From: Trichinella spiralis
Taxonomy: Eukaryota
Assembly: GCF_000181795.1 (NCBI RefSeq)
Contig: NW_003526940.1
Span: forward strand, 2,312,401 to 2,372,432
Direction: 5' to 3'
Length of the DNA: 60,032 nt
Position numbers and translations under genes: made by a program
The notes under the pieces: generated by a model
Told to the model about the DNA's origin: nothing
The model's database searches: none
What the model saw: the letters and a program-made list of their open reading frames with translations, nothing else
Shown here: in pieces, positions 24,396 through 36,700 of the stretch
How positions within the stretch are numbered: the first letter of the stretch is position 1
How the letters are laid out: each line of letters opens with the position of its first letter

Positions 24396-24632
24396 TTATG
24401 TCCAAATACGGTAATTAACCTGCAATGCACCCTGTATTTGGGAAAACTTTGATGAAAAAAGTCATCCAATCAATGATCAAAGTTCCGTAGCGAATTAAAT
24501 AGTGCCAGTCACTCGCCCAATTACTGATCAAAACTGAGTAGCCAATAAAACGGTATAAGTCATCAGCCAATCAGCAATCAAACGACCTACAGCCTATCAC
24601 GGAACAGCCAATCACAAAATTGTGGCCAAATT
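24396..24632 (-). repeat. MULE-type terminal repeat copy, inverted relative to 3628-3862
   Basis: The reverse complement shares CACAATTTTGTGATTG, TTTTGATCAG.AATTGGGCGAGTGACT and CATTGATTGGATGA with 3628-3862. Confidence 0.8.
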
Positions 24633-25228
24633 TTTGGGGGCATAAAACAAAAAAATTTCTTGATTTTGCTACATTAGTATAAAACAGGTAAAAATGAAGC
24701 TAATGGAAGAATTAGGACTGTTGAACAGCCTTCGGAAGAAAAATCAAGGAAAAACTGCAACCCAGCTCAAAATTTTCCCCGCTTTGGTCATCGAAAAGTT
24801 AAAGCGATAAAAGTTAGCTATCACTATTCCAAATTATATAATAAATAAGAACTTTGTTTTAAAAATTGGGAAAATGGGAATTATTTATTTTAATAAAAAT
24901 ATTTAAGTGGTTGCTTATTTTATCCTGAAAATGTTTTATATTACTGTAGCATTCGGTAGAATTTCTCATTGTGCTGTGTGTGAAAAATTGTGTAAGTTTA
25001 GAATAAAAATTTTTAGCAGTATAAAATACTAAATTTTTAATCGAAAACATCATATAAACATTGATAAATTATCAACTATAATGCTTTAGATGGCTTTATA
25101 ACTTTGATTGTTTTTGGCAATTTCCTTTCAGTTATTTTATTCCTGTGATGAAATTGAGTATTTTTTTAACGAATTAAATGCTTATTTTAAATTATATTCC
25201 TGAAATTTATTATTTTTAGCTCTTAATA

Positions 25229-27709
25229 ATGGCATCTTTATTGCGATTTAATCCAATGGTAGAGTTTTCTCGCGGAGGTGTTGCTTTGCAAGTCAATTTA
25301 GTGGCTGCTAAAGGCTTACTGGAAATTATGAGAACCAATTTAGGGCCCAAAGGAACAATGAAAATGTTCGTTTTGTTTATTTATTTTGGTGGTGTTCATT
25401 GTTTTAATTTATAGGTTAGTATCAGGCTCTGGTGATATCAAAATTTCAAAAGATGGTAACGTTCTTCTAAACGAAATGGTATTGAATGCAAAAAAGTGGT
25501 TTATTTTTTTTATTTAATTAATTTTTTTCAGCAAATCAAAGTTCCAACAGCGTCGATGATTGCTAAAACCAGCACTGCGCTGAATGATATTACCGGCGAC
25601 GGCACCACCTCAGTTGTAATGTTGATTGGTGAACTTTTGAAGCAGGCTGAAAATTACATCACAGAAGTATGTTTTATTATAACTGAAAAGAATTGGTTTT
25701 TCTCATTTGATAATTTTATTTGCAGGGTGTTCATCCGAGGATTATTTGTGATGGTATAGAAATGGGAAAAGATCGTTGCATTGAAGTAATTTTCATTTAA
25801 TCCAATTTTCATATTCCAATTTGACAAGCACGCTTGTTTAGCTGTTGGATGAAATGAAAGTTTGTTTACCATTGGAGAAGGATTTGCTGTTGAAAGTTGC
25901 CGGAACTGCGCTTCGAACAAAAGTTGCTGCTGAACTGGCTGATCATTTAACAGAAGTATTTGAAATTTGAATTCAATATTTCATTTATTGTTCAATTTTC
26001 ATTCAAATATCTATTGATTGGTCAGTTTTTTTTTACTGATGATAAATTTTAGATTGTCGTCGATGCTGTGTTAGCGATTAGAACGGAACACAAGCCGATT
26101 GATTTGTTGATGGTGGAAATTATGACAATGCAGCATTGCACAGAAATGGATACAAAGTTGATTCGTGGTTTGGTTTTGGACCACGGCGTGCGTCATCCTG
26201 ACATGAAGAAAGTGGTTCGCAACGCTTACATCTTAGCGTGCAATGTTTCGCTAGAATTTGAAAAACCGTAAAGCTTTTCTTTTCTTTTCAATTACAGTAT
26301 AACGAAGAATGAATTTTATTTTTCTGTTCTTCAGAGAAGTGAACGTCAAAGCACTTTATAAGAATGCTGCCGAAAGAGAGAAAGTGTTGGCCAGCGAAAG
26401 AGAATTTATAATAAAGCGTGTGCAAAAGATTATTGATTTGAAACGTAAAGTGTGCGATCTGCAAAGCATGAACGATAATGTGGAACGTAACTTTGTTGTG
26501 ATTAATCAAAAAGTACCCATTATGCTCAAATGGAAAGTGACCGACTGACTGACTGGTGGTTCTTTGCTTGCTTTCAGGGAATTGATCCCATTTCGTTAGA
26601 CCTTTTCGCCCGCGCAGGTATTCCTGCACTGAGACGCGCGAAAAGGCGTAACATGGAGCGGTTGATGCTCGCCTGCGGCTGTACACCGGTCAATTCTGTC
26701 GACGATCTTAGTCCGGATGTACTTGGCAAAGCTGGATTGGTTCAAGAATATACATTGGTATATTCGTACAGTTTTTTCTTCTTCTATTTTTATCTGGATA
26801 TTTTCCTATTTTTTTTTTCTTTTGAAGGGCGAAGAGAAGTACACTTTTGTTGAAGAAGTTGAAAATCCCAAATCTGTGACAATTTTAATAAAAGGTCCAA
26901 ACAAACATTCTATAAATCAAGTTAAAGATGCCGTGAATGACGGTCTCCAATCAGTTAAGAACACTTTTGAAGACGGTAAGCGTTTGCTTTTTGATCACTG
27001 ACACCATTGCTTCTTGTAAGCTGAATGAACAATTTTTGAGGAGGATGCGTTATTCCTGGAGCTGGCGCTTTCGAAATTGCTGCTTACTGTAAACTTATGA
27101 CGTTGAAAGAAATGGTCGACGGTCGTGTGAAAATGGGCATACAAGCTTTTGCCGATGCGCTGCTGGTTATTGTAAAATCGCTGTCACAGAATGCCGGTTT
27201 TCATCCTATGGAAAGTTGCATTAAATTGCAAGATGAATACAAAAAGCTTCACATGCCGATTGGATTGAATTTGTACACAGGTAAATAAATTAATTGTAAT
27301 TGGTATTTGCATTTTTTGTTGAAAGTGAATTTTTTTATTTGCATTTATTAAATTGTGTAAATTTTGCTACGAATTTAGGCGATATTATGCTACCAGTTGA
27401 AGAAGGCATTTTTGACAATTATTGCGTCAAGAAAAGTATTTTAACATCATCGTAAGTTGAACTTTTAATTGTTCTTTTATTGTTCCACTGAAAATGTTGA
27501 CTATACAATTTTGTAAATATAACATTCAAAGTCAATTGATTATTTATTGCAGTTTTGAAAGTAGCAGTAAAGAATTGGAATAATTATTATTTTCAAATTT
27601 TTCATTCATTAATAATATGTTTGTTTATTCTTTCAGTGCAACCACGGCGAGTAGTTTGTTAATGGTGGATGAAATAATTCGTGGCGGAATGTCAACAAAA
27701 GGAACTTAA
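25229..27709 (+). CDS. cct-6: T-complex protein 1 subunit zeta (CCT6), multi-exon
   Basis: Motifs [78 protein letters not shown]. Short GT-AG introns, and AATAAA near 27773. Confidence 0.97.
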
Positions 27710-27925
27710 TTAATCATATCCTCAGCGTTAATCGGCAGTACTTATTGCAATAACGATTGCGAAATTGAAATGAATAAAAGGGATGAAGGTGACGGCGAGT
27801 TCTTTTTTTATCTTTTTTTGGTAGGGGAAAATGGTTAATAATAGTATAATATAATATAATGAATAACTAACAAAGTGAACATGTAACAAGCGTGAAAATA
27901 GAAAAGAGGTGTGTTTTGCATGACA

Positions 27926-29780
27926 TCAGCAAGGTTTGTACTGTATTTTTTGCTCTGCGGAAAGTTTTTTATTTGCACAATTGCGCCGGCTCCGCGAACG
28001 AAAGCGTTGTCCATCTTTTTCAAATTGACACGACGACCAAGATGTCCACTGGTCAGTGGGTTGCTTTTTGATAAGCTGCAACTTTTTGTTGTCGAAGGCA
28101 CGGCCAGACGAGTCGTTCATGCCTGAAAACAAAGGAGAAATATATTTGAATGGAAAAGTGGAAGAGGCGAAGTGAACAATTAACGGATATTGTGTCTTCT
28201 TGAATCACTGCGGCATCCATTTTCAAAATAATAGCTGCCTCGACATTCTGTCAGGACTGACGGCTGGTCAACTGCTGTTGCTGCTTTCAAAAAACATCGT
28301 TTCTTCAGTTTATCAAAAACAGCTGCCTGCAACTTTGAACAAAGTTAAGAGAAAAAGCATTTGTTTGTTTGTTTGTTTGTTGTTTTGTTTACTTTGCATT
28401 GGTTGTTGGCAACGCAGTCGTTTGCGCATTGTTCTAAAGATTTCGTCTTGGTCGTTAGTATGGTTGGTGTGTCCAGTGAAGTATCATGAAACGTGTAGAA
28501 AAATTGCTCCGAACAAGAATTGGCTATATCTGCAACAACAACAACAGAATAAAAAAGAAACGCTCTTCACATCACCAGCAGATTTGCATCAAATCTGCTT
28601 GTGTGAAAATTTACCTGCACAAAGGTGGAATTTTTCAAAATATACCGCATTCTCATAGTAAGATAAACGGCATTTGCCAGTCGGAACTGCCTGATTTGAA
28701 GTCAAAATGCAAACTTTATCCGGTAACAGGGCCGTAAAACTTTGGCACGATTCCTGAAAGAGATCAATCAATTTATTCTGTGCTAAAAAATGCAGCCGTT
28801 CAACTTATATATATAGCTTGATGGTAAAATCATGTTCAGCTTTGTTTGAAAAAGTCAAATTTTCAAGTTACAACATTGTACACGCAGTGTTAATTTCAAG
28901 AATAAAGTATGACTTAAATAATAGTGATTTTAAACTGCTTATTTGTATTTGTGCATATTTATTAAATTCACGGAGGTGAATAATTTGAATACTGAAAGAG
29001 TTTTTTTATGATCATTGTTATTTTACCTCTCTTGTACACTTTGCTATGCAAGTGTTTTCATCTCCAATTTCTGTGACCATCGCCGTATCACTGTCTGGCT
29101 CAGCATCCAATTCCGACTCGGCCACTACGAAATAATTGACCAAACATTTTTCATTGGTTCTCGTTTCTGGCTGTGGTTCTGGAATGACAGCACTCGACGG
29201 CGGAGGAAACAACAAATTCAACTGCCCTCTTGATGGCGGTGGAAATACTATAATATTGAAAATGATGTTCAAGTATATTTATTTATTTGTGAAAAAAAAT
29301 AATATTGCCTACTTCCACCGCACAAATTTGAATTGTATTCATAATAATCAGTCCCGTAACGGTTCATCAGCAGGGTCGGATGTTCTCGAGCAGTCCTGCT
29401 AAACAAATAACACGAGCTTGTTCTTGCATCCCACAAAACTGACTGACATGCTGACTTCAATTAAAAAAAAATATATATCTAATTATGATCATTTGTAAAT
29501 AAAATTCAATTGAAAACTGCTCACAGAACCATCATTTTTTCTACCACTTCGGCATGCTTGCAGACATTCACTCTGCGTGCTGTAGCGCATCACGCTAGTT
29601 GGCTGTATTAAATTTGGTTTCATCGATGAAAAACACTGCGTCAATTCTGAAATGCAAAATTATGCATAATGAAAATTTTTTTTAATTAATACGAGCATTT
29701 TTAAATAATCTCTCACGTGAGTTGTAGCCAAAGGCTAACGTAAAAAAGGCGAAGAAGAGAAGCAACTCTTTGCGGGCCAT
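27926..29780 (-). CDS. Secreted protein with three PAN/apple domains, a Pro-rich linker and a C-terminal TSP1-like motif
   Basis: Signal peptide MARKELLLFFAFFTLAFG. PAN patterns ECLQAC..CQSVLW..CYL..DYYE, CIAKC..CQSF..CIL..YFEK and CANDC..CK..CFL..YYFEN. C-terminus WTSWSSC..RSRSRRNC. GT-AG introns. Confidence 0.85.
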
Positions 29781-30598
29781 TGTTTATTGATTTCAAATTT
29801 GAAAATGACTCTTCTCCAATGTCGGCAGGTTGCAAGTGTTGTAAATGACATTGCTGGGGTCAACATGTTGACCAAAAATTTAGCGGCCAGTAGTGCGAAA
29901 AACGATGCCAGTTGGCCAAAACTGACCACATTTTAACTAAATGGGTCAGCGGCATTGGGACAACTCCACATCCACCATATAGGACATTATACCCTTTCGA
30001 AAAGAAGGACGGGATGGATGCATGTATTACGTACATCTTTTGCTGCAATTCAATTTTTTCCATTTATCAGCAACACATATATATTATTTATTCGATAACA
30101 ATCTGTAACATATTATCTATTGTTGACAACAATGAAAATGCAAATGTCAATGTAAAGCTTTGCTTCTGCTCAATTAATCAGGGTCATTCATCATCAACAT
30201 GCAGAAAATATTACACTTCAATTAAAATCATTATCAAAGTACAGCAAGTGATATGTCTTTTTTAAAGAAAAACCAACAGTGATGCTGGTAATAATTGCAG
30301 CACATAGTGCATTGACATTCTCTACATGTGTATCCACTCGCATTCGGTAACTTGTTTATCGTATATTTCTTGCTTTATTTAAATTTGAATAAAATTGTTG
30401 TATTGTGCACAGTTTTCACACTAAACTCTTGCGCTTTTCATTTGAAGAGCTACATAAATATTACAGTAGAAATTTTGTCTTAAGTTGCACATTCTTTTTG
30501 AAGCTCTCTCATTTTCAAATTTTATTCAAGATAACAGATATTAAACATATTTTATTACAATAAAAAATAATTATTGCAATATTTTCTAAAAACAAGTT

Positions 30599-31697
30599 TC
30601 ATCTTTTAAGCTGACGTTTCTTCTTTTTCCCAGTTTTCCTTATCGTACGGCGACCTGTTTCAAGTGACTTACGGTTGTTAAGCTTCGCTTCGGATGATTC
30701 ACCTTTAGCAGAGTTTGCGCTTTCTTCTTCATTAAATTCCGGTAAAACGTCTTCCTAAACAACCATTCATTCAAACAAACAAATGCACAAAAATGCATAT
30801 TAAGAATTATTATTACATTTGCATTGCGCTTTACATTTTTCGGAATATCACAAACTCCTTTCACACCATCACGCGCCATTTCACGACAAAGATACAACAA
30901 CTGCGTTTTGCAATTCTCCGGATCAGTGACCGTCTTTGCCTGAAAATTATGTATGTAAATGCTGTGAAAATATGCAAATTACAAAAAAAAATATTGACAA
31001 AGTGGAACAGTTAGTACCTGAATTTCCAACCGTCGAGCATTGTTCAATTCTTCCATTTCATGAATAAAACGCACCACCTCGTCGGTCCATTGATTACGTT
31101 GTTCATTGTATACAGCGAAATCGCTGTTCCATTCGATAAATTGTCGATTTTTCTTTTTCATCAAAGGACGATCACGAAAACTCATCTCGGCAGCTAATTC
31201 ACCTTCAAAAACTTTAAACTGTTTCGAAGTCCACTGTTCACCGACTTTTCTGCACATCACCCATTGCGGATCATTATCCAAATTGCTGCTGTTCGCAAAA
31301 TAGTATATTTTTTCTCTCTCTCATACATCTCAAGTAAGATAACTTTCCAACTTACCTGATTGCTTCATTTACATCTTCGTCATCATAATCTTAAAAAATA
31401 AGACAATGTTATGCATGGGAAAATTTCAATCAATCAAAAAGGTTTACCATTCTCTTCCAATGATGTGCTGTCATCAGATATTGAAGAGCTACTCATATCT
31501 CCTAAAAGTAGAACAAAAAATTCATGAAATTAATAAAATGCAATCACCTTACAAATTAATTTCCATAATAATTGACAAAAACTAAAACATTCACCTTCAC
31601 TATAATCATCGTCATCTTCGTCGTCGTCCATCATGCCCAAGTTTCGGCAAAGCTCTGCATAGTCTACTCGGTTAACATTGCGTATTCGACGGCTCAT
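30599..31697 (-). CDS. Hypothetical multi-exon protein with an acidic N-terminal tract and a basic NLS-like C-terminus
   Basis: TTTTCAG lies 5 nt before the ATG. MSRRIRNVNRVDYAEL..DDDEDDDD, internal exons 31018-31290 and about 30817-30939, and a last exon ending RKTGKKKKRQLKR*. Confidence 0.75.
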
Positions 31698-33650
31698 TTT
31701 TCCTGAAAAAAACATCAATATAAAAATATATAAATCGTTCATAATAACTCATAAAGATTTTCAGAAAATAACTGCTACGTTCTATCAGCACATTATGGTC
31801 AGCTAAATGATTAGATCTATTTCTGATGAGATAAAGTGAGAAGGCATTTTTTTTACAAAAACTACAACACTTGCGTAAAATTTAATATTAAGGAATAATA
31901 CAATCGATAGGGAAAACTCGAAATATATAAAACAGCGAAGGCTTTGAAAAATTATTACAAATGCTGTCAATTACAAAAGCTGTTCGATACAGATATATCA
32001 TAGCACGCTAACAGTTTACTTCAATATATTTATATAAAACGTTAAAAAACTTTGGCTATACATCAAATAGGAAGAATTGGAATGAACTGAAAAATCAATA
32101 TTACAATTATTAAAAATAAAAGAGCTAAATAAGTTTGTAAGAATTAACAAGAACATACGTAATTACTGTAAACAAAAATGATATTTAAGTCAGTTTAAAA
32201 ATGGTTATAAATTTGAATCAAAAGTTTTGTTGAAAAAAAATTAAAATTAATATTAAGTATTCAGATACGGATAAAAGAAATAATATTACGAAAATATTAT
32301 TTTCTGCTCATATTTGCTAAAATTACCTTATAAGTTTCAAAAATGTTATTCAGTTTGATATAACATTTCGACAGAAATTATCATATTATTACTAGGTTAA
32401 TATTTTAAAAATAAGACATTAAGTGTTAAAAAATAACAAAAATTAGTTATATCAATAATATCTTCAAATTTCATTTCTTGGAACCTGGAATGAAAATTAT
32501 TAACTTTGTAATCATAGCTTTCATAGTGGAAGTTTGAAATAATTGGACATTTAGTTTGGACGTTTTTATTTAAATAAATATTGCTATTCTTCAAAAAATA
32601 TCACTTTTAAAATGTTTTCTTAAAATGCAGACTCAGTGCCTTTAGAAACCTGTACTGTTTCTTTTCTTTACCAGCCACATGCCATATCACATCTTGCTCC
32701 TAGTATTATTTCTGCTTATTTGTTATCTTATTTTAACAAAGCTTTTCCACAGTATGGGGTATTTTTTGCAAACAAGAACACTATTTATTGTAAATCTCAC
32801 TTTGTCATGTAATGCATTTTGTTGTCACAGTAGATTCAACGCATGATATGTATGCTAACATGTTGAATTTAAAATTGTTAAAAAAACAACAAGGGAAACA
32901 CAACAAAAGTCATATACAATGCTAGATTTTGTTTACATGAACTGGAAACGTGAAGATTTGTTTCAAAAAAAGTTAACATTCTCATTAATATACACAAAGT
33001 GAAACCAGAATCTGTCAACTGAAAAGCGTCAGATTGTCAAAGTAGAAGAGAATGAAAAAATTTTATCTAAAAGCAGTAAAGCCCACTTGAAATAAAACGT
33101 GCAAATTCGTTTTAAAGCGACTGTTGAATCAAAAAATACCACAAATTTTATTAATTTTTGTAATGGTATAACCACGAACAAAACAAAATGAAACTACCCG
33201 CCAAATAAATTTAAACTGCTTACTTACTGTATTTTGTTAATGTGCAAAAAAACAATCGTATAAAAAATGCATTGCGAGAGAAAAAAAATGAAAAAAAAAC
33301 TGTTGGTAATAGATATATAGTTGTTACATGAAGAGTGTGAGTAAAAAATTTTTTAAATTGCAAACATTTGAGTTTATATATGCTCGGATTATTGACAGTG
33401 ATTTGGTCGAATTGAACTATCAAAACGCCCACACGGACGAAACAGTGGAATATTTATTATTATTAATTTTGAATTTTTGAAATGAAACATGTTTTGAAAT
33501 ATCGAATTCAACGGTTAAATTTCCAAGTGTTGATGTGGTCGGGTTTTGAAAAAAAATCAATAAAACAACTCGCAGTTTCCTACAGCATGGTAGTGTCAAT
33601 GAACTTGATTTTCAAATTGACAAAGATGTTACTGTATGGACGCACCCCAG

Positions 33651-33733
33651 TGACGTTTTTGACGCGTTTCGCGTGAACGAAGAAGCTAACGCAATCTCGT
33701 CACGATGATGTCACAAGACTTGTCGCTGTGACG
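33651..33733 (+). promoter_or_regulatory. Cluster of CRE half-sites upstream of the CREB start codon
   Basis: TGACG at 33651, 33660 and 33729, CGTCA at 33698, TGATGTCA at 33706. Confidence 0.55.
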
Positions 33734-33734
33734 A

Positions 33735-36700
33735 ATGGCTACTGACGAAGGTTCGTCGCTCAATAGGCCTTACAACTTGGGCCCACCGAACAGTTTCGTC
33801 GCGCCACCGACGGACTTGCCCTCGCCGGCGCCGACCATTGGTCTTCTTCAAATACCCGTTGTTCAGCCGACGTTTATCAATTTTAGCAATAATTGCGTAA
33901 GTTATCATTCAACTCTGCTTGCGTGTGTATGTCTGTCTGTCTGGTGTCTGGTGTCTGTGTCTGTGTGTATGTGTGTGTGTGAATATTTCAGTTCGCCTGT
34001 TGGCCAGGGTTTTTAACGGGATTCATTTTTTTTCCAATGCTGTCTGTGTTCGGTGTGACATGTTCTATGAAATTTGGGTGCTGTTCGTTTGTTGAAAATT
34101 TTCCATCTTTCAACTGATTTTTAAAATACATTTCAATTTTTACATCCAAATATTATTTAATATTTATTCTTCTTCTTATTTAAAATTTTCTTTTTCATCA
34201 ACTTAATCTTGTTAGTCTTTTTTGAACAATTATAAGTGTTGTTTACTTTTTAATGTCTCTCTTTCTCTTTCTCTGTGTGTGGTGCTCCTTTTTCAGAATA
34301 AGTGTTGAATTTATTGCTTATAACTCTTATGAATCTGTCCGTCCTTGAACGATTTAATAATATATGAAATTTTTTCTCAATAATTTTTACATTTTTACAA
34401 ATTCATTTCTATTATTATTATTCGACAATTTTCCTGTTGCGGTTTATTTCTTGTTTTCCTTCTTAAATTGTATATTGTGATTTGTATTTCTTTTCCACTG
34501 TAGTTGTAACATTTGTTGCCAGTTGCTGCTTATCGGTTTCAGAATCGTGTTCGTGCAACGATATTTTCTTAGGATAATTTTCCTTTTCTTTCAATATTTT
34601 GCTAAAGCATCGATGTGGCGCAGCACATTGCGGTTGTGTAAATTGTTGTTCAAACATTTTCCATTGCAATTTTTTTCAACCATCTATACTATTTGTCAAC
34701 AAAAATTGTACACCACTGCGAAACAGACTGTATGTCGTTCTTTAATTAATTGCGTCATCGTTTGCACAGTGCTATGTAAATGTCGCATTTTAGATTTAAA
34801 ATTTTCCGCGCTGCGTTTTGCAAGCTGCAAAAGTTTTGCCAGGGCGTTGTTGTTTGCGCAGCCGGGCTGCCTAACGTTACGACTTCCATGCTATATAGTT
34901 GCTTTGCTCGGCAGCGTCAATATTTCTTTCATTCGTTTCAGAAATTTTATTTGCTTAATATCACGGAAACAAGGCGTTACTGCTTTCTTATTATTTTTCA
35001 TGTTTCGGTAAAATTATGATTGGTTTTTCTTTCTGTTTAAATTTACCAACTTACAATGGAAAGATTTTGCTATTGATCACTGTCCAGACAGCGGCAGTGT
35101 TTGGCATTTTCAGTAGAATTTGATGAAATGAAAAATTTCCCGATTAATATTAATTAATTGTAATTGAAAAGCTTTTTTTCATTATAACACTGAAGTATAT
35201 AATGACAAAATTTTGCCGAGATGGGGAAGAATTTTATGCTTTGCAAGCCGGAGTGCAATCGTAATAGGTTTTGTGTAATAGTATTTGAGATGTTAACTCG
35301 CTGCAAACTGCGCATTATGTTGTTTTTGTCGTGTTGTTTATTTGAGCATGCTTGATGATCTATTTCAACGTTTCACGTGTTGAACATTGTTTAATGTTGT
35401 TTACGCGGTAGAAGGAAAAAGAATCGATGATATTCATGAAGTGCTTAGCCATTGTTTTATTCTTCAGTCTTCTTCTATTTGCATTGTTGTGTTAAATTTG
35501 CATATTTTTCTTTGCACCTCAATGATACTGATGTACATTTATTGATATTTTTTATTCCTATTGGTTGTTGTTGTTGTTGTTGAGAGAACATGATTTATCA
35601 AACTGTTGTAGGAAGTGGTTTTAATTTTTGTTTAATTGTAGGCAAAAATGGTCGCATTGTTATATTTTCAAAGATTGTTATTGCATACACTTTGTTATTA
35701 TTATTATTATTATTATTGTTTCAATTTTAGAATTTATTTTAAAATGTGAAAAAAAATTTTTTTGTACAATTTTTAATGAATTATAGAAATTTTTACCCAG
35801 TCGAGCGAGAGTTGAACATTTATAACAAATGAATAGGTGATGCTAAAAATGATTTTTCCTTTTAATAATTTATTTTAAGTGATCTGTTAGGGAAAGCTTT
35901 TATTAAAACACGTAAATTGATTTTTAACAATTGTCGTTGAACGTTGAAAAGGATGCAAGCATGGGAAGTGGAATTATTAAACGACTTTGGGTATTATTTG
36001 TTAATCTGCTGCTGCTGCTACTACTACTACTATTACTACTGCTATTGCTACTTCTGCTACTGCTACTACTACCAGCCACCCAGCGTACGCTCTGTTCAAC
36101 TTTAGCTCTCTCAGTCTCTTTTGCAACAAAGTTGGAAATTTAATTTTATTTATTCTTAAAATAACTTTTTGATGATAGCTTTGAGTTGTTTGTGAACAAG
36201 CGGCAAGCATTATTATTATTATTATAATTATATATTTATTTCGCTAGGAAGAACAAGAAGAATTCATTGTTCGACTTTTGCTCGTTTCATGCTCAACGTT
36301 AGAGCAGTAATTTTAGCACGTAGAATAGTGATTTTAAAATTTGCGATCTGTTGCATAATTTGCAAAGAAATATGTTGAATAAGAGAGAGAGAGAGAGAGA
36401 GAGTGTGTGTGTGTGTGAGAGGGAAAAAACCAAGAAAAGAAATATGGCTAGCATGTGGCAGCTTATTGTGCACTGGCATGTTAATTTATCAATGAATATT
36501 AATGATTGAGATTCGTGTTGTGCTTTAGTGTTGCAGAAAAAAAAGTAATGTTAAAAGAGGACAATTTTTGTCGATTAAATGAATAACTATGTAATAATTT
36601 TACTTATTAATTAAAAAATGGAAAATTAAATTTGTTCTCAATCACACACAAGTGTTCATTTGATTTCAGAGAGAATGCAAATTGGAATAATTAGAATAAG

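Noticed and set aside
35931..36143. Poly-Leu membrane-like ORF
   Set aside because: It is the product of an imperfect CTG/CTA microsatellite in CREB intron 1.
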